DNA from: Bellilinea caldifistulae
Lineage (GTDB): Bacteria > Chloroflexota > Anaerolineae > Anaerolineales > Anaerolineaceae
Assembly: GCF_001306055.1 (NCBI RefSeq)
Contig: NZ_LGHJ01000012.1
Coordinates: 150,001-182,000 of the forward strand
DNA length: 32,000 nt
Direction: 5' to 3'
Shown here: positions 16,624 to 23,171 of the stretch, one piece after another
Layout of the letters: each line of letters begins with the position of its first letter
How positions within the stretch are numbered: position 1 is the stretch's first letter
Program-made: the position numbers and the translations under genes
Notes under the pieces: model-generated
Seen by the model: the letters and a program-made list of their open reading frames with translations, nothing else
Database searches by the model: none
Told to the model about the DNA's origin: nothing

Positions 16624-17004
16624 TTAAAGGGACTTTTCCTGTTCAATCGAAGGCGCAGATGGCTGTGTGGTAGTCGGGTTGTTTTCTGACAGTTCCTCGT
16701 CCAGCAGATTGGGACGCACCTGATACCTGCGTGCCACCGCCCGATAGCGGTTTTCCAGAATGCCGGCAATCAGGCGGGTTTCCACCACACGGATTGCCCC
16801 ACACTGTTCCAGAAGGTTGAAATGATAATACAACCGGTTGGGCGGGATATTCAACTCGCGCGCCACTTCCCGGATTGTGGAAGGCTGCTCGATCAACACC
16901 CGCAGCACTTTCAGCCGCAAACGCGAAACCAGCACCTTCATGGTTTGTAAATCATTCACATCGAACACCGGTTTGAGTTCATTTTCGGACATCGGCTTTT
17001 CCAT
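16624..17004 (-). CDS. ArsR-type winged helix-turn-helix transcriptional regulator
   Basis: LRLKVLRVLIEQPSTIREVARELNIPPNRLYYHFNLLEQCGAIRVVE matches an ArsR/SmtB-like HTH. Length is 126 aa. Confidence 0.7.
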   Translation of the reverse strand: MEKPMSENELKPVFDVNDLQTMKVLVSRLRLKVLRVLIEQPSTIREVARELNIPPNRLYYHFNLLEQCGAIRVVETRLIAGILENRYRAVARRYQVRPNLLDEELSENNPTTTQPSAPSIEQEKSL

Positions 17005-17018
17005 TCAGTCCTGAGCGG

Positions 17019-17058
17019 TTAAATCTTTTTGAATTCATTGTAGCAACGCAAGATTTAA
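17019..17058. promoter_or_regulatory. Inverted repeat TTAAATCT-N24-AGATTTAA, candidate operator
   Basis: Perfect 8-nt arms at 17019-17026 and 17051-17058, 15 nt upstream of the ArsR-type gene start, within the divergent intergenic region. Confidence 0.3.
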
Positions 17059-17103
17059 TTCTTTTCAAGAACAAGTTAAGATCAAGTTAATGGTCTGATT
17101 TTT

Positions 17104-19398
17104 TTGGAACATCTGGATTTTTGGCGCTTAAATCCTTATACTGATTTAAGGATGAGTGTACTGGAGCAACCTTTCGTTGGCGGGACAGGCGAAGCCCCTC
17201 TTTTACCGCTTGGGCGGTATTTGCCATTGCTTCCCGGCGGGATGATCGGTGCCTGGCTCAAACAGAACGTGCCGGTGGGAGCGTGGCTTTTGGACCCGAT
17301 TGGGGCTCACCCCCAGCTGGCACTGGAAGCAGCCCGGGATGGCTATCGCATTCTCATCACCAGTAACAACCCGATTCTCTCCTTCATGCTGGAAATCCTC
17401 GCAGCCGCCCCTCCCCGCCGCGAGTTCGAAGCCGCTCTGGCTGCCTTGGCAGCCAGCAAACGCGGTGAAGAACGCCTTGAACGACATCTCCTCAGTCTTT
17501 ATCACACCCCATGTGCTGCCTGCGGTCAACTGGTTGCGGCGCAAGCCTTCATCTGGCAAAGCGAACCGCTGCGGATGGTAAGCCGAATTTACCGCTGCCC
17601 GTCCTGCGGCGATGAGGGCGAACGCCCGATTACCCCGGCAGACATTGAAAAGCTCAGCCTGCCCGGCAACGATGCTCTCCACCGTGCCCGTGCCCTATCC
17701 CGGGTGATCGGCGACCCGTCAGCGAGCTCGGCTGAACAGGTTGGCGAAGCCCTCAAAACCTACCTGCCGCGCCCCCTGTATGTACTGACCACGCTCATCA
17801 ACAAGATAGATACCCTCGCCTTACCCGAAGACCGTAAACGCTTGCTGACCGCCCTGCTGATTCAGGTTTGTGACGAGGGTAATACCCTCTGGCAACACCC
17901 GGCAGTCCGCCCCCGCCCGCGTCAGCTGACCATCCCCACTCAATTCCGGGAAAACAACCTCTGGCTGGCTCTGGAAAATGCCGTAGAGGTGTGGAGTTCT
18001 CCTGCTCAGCCGGTACAAATTTCGGTTTACCCGCAATTACCGGAGGGGGCGGGTATCTGTCTGTTCCGCGGAAGGATTTCTGCCCTGCCGCCTTCGACCA
18101 TGCCAATTCAACCGGCGGCGATCATCAGCATTCTCCCCCGGCCCAATCAGGCATTTTGGACTCTCAGCGCCCTGTGGTCCGGATGGCTGTGGGGCCGAGA
18201 GGCTGTTCAGCCGCTGCGCGGTGCATTGGAACGCCGCCGTTACGACTGGTACTGGATGTCCCATGCGATTCAACGTGCCTTACGCGAGCTTTCCCGCCAC
18301 ATCCCCGCAGGTACGCCTTTTTTTGCACTGGCCAGCGAGACTACACCGGGTTTTCTTTTGGCCGCCTTTCTCGGCCCGTTGACGGCTGGTTTCACCTTGA
18401 AAGGATTTTCGCTGGAACGCGAAAGCGAGTTGGCCCAATTTCACTGGCAATCCGTGCCAACGTCACAACCCGCCCCCGCTCCAATCAGCCCAAAACCGCT
18501 TCTGCAAAATGCTCTCCAGGGCTATCTGCAAGCGCGCGGAGAGCCAGCCCGCTACCTGACTTTGTTTGCCGCTGCTTTATCTACGCTGCTCGAAAACGGC
18601 CTGCTCCCTCGCCGGACGGAGGAAATTGCCCCCGACGATCTCGCCCGCCTGCAAGCCAAAGTGGGAGAGGTGCTGGAAGACCGTCGTCTTTTCGTCCGTT
18701 ATGCCGGACACGGTCAGGCTGAAGAAAGCGGTGCCTGGTGGTTGAGCGATCCGCACCCAGCCAGCCTGCCTCTGGCCGACCGGGTAGAAAAAGAGGTTGT
18801 CAAATTTCTCGTCCAGCATAAACTCATCCAGCGCAATCAACTGGAAAGCAGTCTTTACCCCCTGTTTCCGGGTTTGTTGGTGCCGTCTCGGCCGCTGATC
18901 ACAGCGGTGTTGGAATCGTATGCCTCGCCGGTCAACGGGCAGGCTCACCAGTGGCAACTGCGCCCAGAAGATGAGCCGGCCCGCCGCCGAACCGATCTCA
19001 CCAATGCGGCTCACAGCCTCAAACTCATTGGTGAAAGATTGGGCTTCCGCATCGAAGGCGATCAACCGATGGTCTGGCTGAACGAAAAGGATGAGGCGGT
19101 TTATTTGTTTTTCCTGCTGGCAAGCAGCATCATCAGCCCGTATGTGTATCAAGCCCACAGGGCGCCGCCTTCTCGCTGTGTCCTGGTTCTGCCGGGCGGC
19201 CGTACCGGGCTGCTTGGTTTCAAAATACGCCGCGACCCCCGATTGAGCGAAGCCTTCCAAAAAGGCTGGCGCTTACTTAAATTCCGTCACCTGCGTTATT
19301 TGAGCGAATACCCCTACCTCTCCGAGAATCAATGGGAAGACCTGCTGAACGGCGACCCCCCGCAATGGGAGGACGCCGTTCAGATGAGAATGTTCTGA
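17104..19398 (+). CDS. Large hypothetical protein with a Zn-ribbon; resembles a catalytically degenerate COG1743-type (Zn-ribbon) DNA methylase
   Basis: WLLDPIGAHPQLALEAARDGYRILITSNNPIL resembles the methylase pattern LDPFAGGGS..LEA.RLG....DLNPVA. The Zn-ribbon is CAACG...CPSCG. IISILPRPNQAFWTLSALWSGWLWGR resembles DPPYYDN..Y..LSDFFYVWLKR but has lost DPPY. The likely true start is ATG 17152 (MSVLEQ) rather than TTG 17104. Confidence 0.65.
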   Translation: MEHLDFWRLNPYTDLRMSVLEQPFVGGTGEAPLLPLGRYLPLLPGGMIGAWLKQNVPVGAWLLDPIGAHPQLALEAARDGYRILITSNNPILSFMLEILAAAPPRREFEAALAALAASKRGEERLERHLLSLYHTPCAACGQLVAAQAFIWQSEPLRMVSRIYRCPSCGDEGERPITPADIEKLSLPGNDALHRARALSRVIGDPSASSAEQVGEALKTYLPRPLYVLTTLINKIDTLALPEDRKRLLTALLIQVCDEGNTLWQHPAVRPRPRQLTIPTQFRENNLWLALENAVEVWSSPAQPVQISVYPQLPEGAGICLFRGRISALPPSTMPIQPAAIISILPRPNQAFWTLSALWSGWLWGREAVQPLRGALERRRYDWYWMSHAIQRALRELSRHIPAGTPFFALASETTPGFLLAAFLGPLTAGFTLKGFSLERESELAQFHWQSVPTSQPAPAPISPKPLLQNALQGYLQARGEPARYLTLFAAALSTLLENGLLPRRTEEIAPDDLARLQAKVGEVLEDRRLFVRYAGHGQAEESGAWWLSDPHPASLPLADRVEKEVVKFLVQHKLIQRNQLESSLYPLFPGLLVPSRPLITAVLESYASPVNGQAHQWQLRPEDEPARRRTDLTNAAHSLKLIGERLGFRIEGDQPMVWLNEKDEAVYLFFLLASSIISPYVYQAHRAPPSRCVLVLPGGRTGLLGFKIRRDPRLSEAFQKGWRLLKFRHLRYLSEYPYLSENQWEDLLNGDPPQWEDAVQMRMF
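17127..17150. promoter_or_regulatory. Inverted repeat CTTAAATC-N8-GATTTAAG abutting the ATG at 17152
   Basis: Perfect 8-nt arms at 17127-17134 and 17143-17150. It shares the TTAAATC/GATTTAA core with the 17019-17058 repeat and covers the ribosome-binding region of the 764-aa gene. Confidence 0.3.
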
Positions 19399-19400
19399 AA

Positions 19401-22400
19401 CTAGGGTGTGGGTGTATCGCTGGGAGTTGGTGTCAGGGTAGGCGGCGGGGTAGGTGTGAGGCTGGGCGTTTGTGTGCTGGTCGGCGTGACAGTTACGGTT
19501 GGCGTGACAGTTACGGTTGGCGTGGGCGTAGGTGTCGGCGTGGGTACTTGAATATTCAGGTGAATGGTACGGATGGCGTAGGTGTCCCTCCGGCTGTTCA
19601 GCACAATCCGCAAGGTGACTTTGCCGGCCGGCACATCGGTCAGATCCCAGTCGGTGAGGAACTGCGGCTGATCGGACTGCGGTCCGCCGCGGTACAGCTC
19701 TTTCCACTCGGCCGGTTCATCCCCAATTCCGTATTCCAGCCGGTAGTCCTCATACGCTTCCGGCACTTTGATCAGGGCATAAATTTCCAGCGGCGAGCGG
19801 GTAATGGTTTGATTCTCACTCAACCCGGCGAACAAAATCAGGGGGCGCTGGTCATTGACCGTACATTCACGCTCCGGCGTGAAAAAGATGGGCTGCTGAA
19901 AGCCCATTTGCTCGGCCCAGCGTTGTCCTTCCGAAGTTTCCAGAATCCAGCGGATAGCGCTTTTATCGGTCACGTTCAGGGCAAATTTCTCCTCCACAAA
20001 ATCGGCACAGGCCGAGGAAGCCAGCAGTCCCGTCCAGGTATCAATGCGTACCTTCTTCCAAAGGTCTTCTTCTTTGGGCAGAGGGGGTTGGTCATAGGCA
20101 AAAATTTCATTGCGCTGTAACGGACAAAATTCGGACGGTTCGGTTCCGGAGATGGCGCAAATCACCCGATCTACAATCCCGGCCGGACGGGCAAACGGAG
20201 TAGGATTACCACCGGTGATTTGCTGCACAGCAAGGCGCATGAAATTCGACCAGATCGGCGCCGCACCGGTCAGGCCGGTTGTGTTGATCATCGGCGTGTA
20301 ATCGGCATTACCGACCCAAACCCCCACCGCCAGATCAGGGGTGTAACCCACCGTCCAGTTATCGCGAAAATCGTTGGTTGTGCCGGTCTTGACGGCAGCC
20401 GGAAAGCCAATATTCAACACCGAATCGATTCCAAACATCAGCGCCCGGGCTTGATTATCCGAAAGAATGGAACTGATCAGGTAAGCGTGTTCCGGGCGGA
20501 TGACCTGCTCCCCAGCCGGGGTTTTGTACTCGTAAACAGTATTGCCCTGAAAGTCCACAATCTTTGTGATCGAAACGGGTGGAATCAAGCGTCCGCCGGT
20601 GGCAAATACACTGTAAGCCGCGGTCAATTCCAGCAGCGATACATCCCCGCCGCCCAGCGTCAGGGATAGGCCGTAATCCGGTCTCGTCAGCGTAGTAATT
20701 CCCAAGCGCCGCGCAAAAGCAATCAGGCCTTCTTGTTGGGGCGTGGCAGGGTTGTCATAAATTCCCACAAATTGCAGCGCCTTGACCGCCGGGACATTGT
20801 AGGAATTAGCCAGCGCCGTGCGCACGGTCACCGGTCCATGAAAACGCTCATCGTAGTTAATCGGGCGGTAAGGTTCCCGCTGGTCATTCGGATCTCCGGA
20901 GGGTGGAAATTCGCTCGGCACATCCCAGATCAGGGTTGCCGGTGTCCAGCCCTTTTCAAAAGCAGCCGCGTAAGTCAACGGCTTGATCGCCGAACCGGGC
21001 TGCCGCGGGCTGATTGCCATGTTGACCTGCCCGGAAATGGCCGCGTTGTAAAAATCGGGCGAGCCGACCATTGCCAGAATCTCCCCGGTGGACGGGCGAA
21101 TGGCCACCAGCGCGCCGTTGGTCGCATTGTTGCCCGCCAGTTGAGCCACCTGGTCACGCACCAACCGCTCGGCCGTTTCCTGCAAAGCCGGATCCAGGGT
21201 GGTATAAACGGTAAAACCGGAGCGGTAGATGGTCGCCGGGTCGTAACGCTCTTCCAATTGGGCACGGATGTAATCCACCCAGTGTGGAAAGCGGTAGACC
21301 TGCCGGGCGGGTTGGAAGTTGTAGTTTTCAATCTCGCGCACCGCTTCGGCAGCTGCCTGAGCATCCACACACACCGGACGCAGCGAAGTGCTGACATCAA
21401 TGCAGTTGCGCTCACGGCTCAACTCGTACATCAAAACCACCACCGTGCGAAAGCGGTTCAAAGTTGCCTCGCGGTTGGCTTCAATGTCGTAAATGGCCGG
21501 TGCCTGCGGAATACCGGCGAGGAAGGCTGCCTGACCAAGGGTCAATTTGTCGGCGGTGGTGTTGAAGTAGGTTTCGGCAGCGGCTTCCACCCCGTAAGCC
21601 AGTTTGCCGTAATAATTCTCATTCAGGTATAGTTCGAGGATTTCTTCTTTGCTGTAGCGGCGGGTAATTTCGGCTGCCAGCACAATTTCGCGGGCTTTTC
21701 GATCCACCGTCCGCTCGTAGCGTTCATCGGCCAGCAACAAAGCCCGCGCCAGCTGCTGAGTAATGGTTGAAGCGCCGGATACCACCTCGCCGGTGGTGTA
21801 GTTTTGCCACAAAGCGCGCGCAATTGCCCAAGGGTCAAAACCGGGGTGGGTGTAAAAATCCTTATCCTCGGTGGCAATCGTCGCCGCAATCATGTAAGGA
21901 GAGATTTTCTCCAAAGGCACGTAGGTTCGCCGTCCGGCGTTGGGATCAATGATTTCGTAGATCAGGTTACCGTTGCGGTCGAGCAGACGGGTCGTTTCAA
22001 ATTGAGAGGCTTTACCGGGCAAGTCCTCGATGCTCGGCAAGCTGGCGGCAATCGAAAAATAGCGCACAACCAGGAACGATCCAACCAGCACCACCACAAT
22101 CACCGCCAGAAACAGCAGCCCGATCAACCCCCTCAACAGGCAACCGAGTGGCTTCTTCCAGGCGTTGTTGGCTTTTGGTTGAGAAGGCGGCGAAACGCTT
22201 TGTCCGGCGCTGGAAGTCGTCCGCGAGGGAGGCGCTCCACCGGGGCGAGGCGCTCCACCGGGGCGTTGAGCTCTGGTTGGCGTGCCGGCCGCAGTGGTCT
22301 GACGTGAGCGTTGGGCGGCCGACGTCGAACGCTGGTAAGCTGCCGGAGTTACCCGGGTGGCATCCGGATCAACTTCTTCTACCCGACGGGGCAGGTCAGT

Positions 22401-22976
22401 GCTACTTTTGCCGTAAGGCGGCGGGGGAGGTTGTGGAGCGCCGCCGCTGACCCGCGTGGCTTGGGAATCGGGCAGTGGGGCGGATGGCGGTGCTGCACTC
22501 GGGCGGGTTTGTTCAGGTTCTTCCTTCACGCCGGGGGCGGGTTCTTCCAGCCCCTCGCCATACCAGCCGCCCGTTTCTTCAGGGACACCCGTCGGGTGAC
22601 GGCTCACCGCCGCCGTATCCGCCGGGGCTTCGCCCTTTTCCAGACGCTCCAGGTCTTCACCAAACCAGCCGGCCGTTTCCTCGGGTTCTCCGGTGGGGTG
22701 GCGCTCACTAACGGATGCGCTTTCCTCAGCCGGGCTGGGGGTTTCTTCTTTAGGCGCGGAGGACTTGTCCGCTTCTGCCGGTTGGGGTGGCTGGCCCTCC
22801 TTACTGCCGGGCTGTTCCGGCATTCGCAAAGGGCCGGTGCCGCCGGTCAACACCGATGAATCACCGTCCTGCGCCGAAGCAACCAGACGGCGCAGACGTT
22901 CACCGGGCTGGGTTGGCTGGGTATCATCCAGCGGTTTTTTTTCCTGAGGTTCTTTCGGTTCTTCGCTCATTTTCAT
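19401..22976 (-). CDS. Class A penicillin-binding protein (GT51 transglycosylase + transpeptidase) with a long disordered N-terminus, an extra C-terminal domain and a PT tail
   Basis: GT51 motifs are ATIATEDKDFYTHPGFD and GASTITQQLAR. Transpeptidase motifs are GSAIKP (SxxK), NSYN (SxN) and KTGTT. The TM helix is at about aa 279-305, and the C-terminus is VPTPTPTPTPTVTVTPTVTVTP.... Confidence 0.9.
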   Translation of the reverse strand: MKMSEEPKEPQEKKPLDDTQPTQPGERLRRLVASAQDGDSSVLTGGTGPLRMPEQPGSKEGQPPQPAEADKSSAPKEETPSPAEESASVSERHPTGEPEETAGWFGEDLERLEKGEAPADTAAVSRHPTGVPEETGGWYGEGLEEPAPGVKEEPEQTRPSAAPPSAPLPDSQATRVSGGAPQPPPPPYGKSSTDLPRRVEEVDPDATRVTPAAYQRSTSAAQRSRQTTAAGTPTRAQRPGGAPRPGGAPPSRTTSSAGQSVSPPSQPKANNAWKKPLGCLLRGLIGLLFLAVIVVVLVGSFLVVRYFSIAASLPSIEDLPGKASQFETTRLLDRNGNLIYEIIDPNAGRRTYVPLEKISPYMIAATIATEDKDFYTHPGFDPWAIARALWQNYTTGEVVSGASTITQQLARALLLADERYERTVDRKAREIVLAAEITRRYSKEEILELYLNENYYGKLAYGVEAAAETYFNTTADKLTLGQAAFLAGIPQAPAIYDIEANREATLNRFRTVVVLMYELSRERNCIDVSTSLRPVCVDAQAAAEAVREIENYNFQPARQVYRFPHWVDYIRAQLEERYDPATIYRSGFTVYTTLDPALQETAERLVRDQVAQLAGNNATNGALVAIRPSTGEILAMVGSPDFYNAAISGQVNMAISPRQPGSAIKPLTYAAAFEKGWTPATLIWDVPSEFPPSGDPNDQREPYRPINYDERFHGPVTVRTALANSYNVPAVKALQFVGIYDNPATPQQEGLIAFARRLGITTLTRPDYGLSLTLGGGDVSLLELTAAYSVFATGGRLIPPVSITKIVDFQGNTVYEYKTPAGEQVIRPEHAYLISSILSDNQARALMFGIDSVLNIGFPAAVKTGTTNDFRDNWTVGYTPDLAVGVWVGNADYTPMINTTGLTGAAPIWSNFMRLAVQQITGGNPTPFARPAGIVDRVICAISGTEPSEFCPLQRNEIFAYDQPPLPKEEDLWKKVRIDTWTGLLASSACADFVEEKFALNVTDKSAIRWILETSEGQRWAEQMGFQQPIFFTPERECTVNDQRPLILFAGLSENQTITRSPLEIYALIKVPEAYEDYRLEYGIGDEPAEWKELYRGGPQSDQPQFLTDWDLTDVPAGKVTLRIVLNSRRDTYAIRTIHLNIQVPTPTPTPTPTVTVTPTVTVTPTSTQTPSLTPTPPPTLTPTPSDTPTP
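19483..19524. repeat. Tandem 18-bp repeat, 2.3 copies (ggcgtgacagttacggtt)
   Basis: Exact copies at 19483-19500 and 19501-19518, plus a partial copy at 19519-24. It encodes PTVTVT PTVTVT in the PBP tail. Confidence 0.9.
22229..22264. repeat. Tandem 18-bp repeat, 2 copies (gaggcgctccaccggggc)
   Basis: Exact copies at 22229-22246 and 22247-22264. It encodes RPGGAP RPGGAP in the PBP N-terminal extension. Confidence 0.9.
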
Positions 22977-23171
22977 TCTACAAATTGACGGATTTCAGAT
23001 TGACAATTTCTCACCCGGATTGCATTCCATCTGCCTTCCTTCAAGACGCCACAGGTTTTTTTTGTTCGCGGCGCCGCTTAGTAAGGCTGCAAGCATTGTA
23101 CCAGAAAGTCAATCCATTGCATTTTCATTCTAGCATAATCCATCCGGGCGCAACTCAGGTAAAATGAAAGT

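Noticed and set aside
18577-19260. 227-aa minus-strand ORF inside the 764-aa gene
   Set aside because: It is antisense to the longer ORF, is embedded entirely within it, and has no motif. The call is less certain than the others because the host gene itself is uncharacterised.
19332-21632. Long plus-strand ORFs (19332-20120, 20220-20669, 20733-21632) inside the PBP gene
   Set aside because: They are antisense to a CDS with unambiguous GT51 and transpeptidase motifs. Their Arg/Gly-rich low-complexity translations are typical of spurious ORFs in GC-rich DNA.
22935-22942. Other in-register A_AAA_AAA heptamers (PBP codons GAA AAA AAA at 22942-22935; DarA-like paralog 1 codons ACA AAA AAA at 25597-25603)
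   Set aside because: The -1 frames hit a stop within a few codons and I noticed no stable hairpin immediately downstream (not examined closely). This contrasts with the chelatase junction, and shows the heptamer alone is not evidence.
22968-23132. Exact 13-nt direct repeat CATTTTCATTCTA at 22968-22980 and 23120-23132
   Set aside because: One copy is simply the complement of the PBP start region (ATGAAAATG). Both lie in AT-rich promoter DNA, no inverted partner or flanking structure suggests a mobile element or operator, and the match could be chance.
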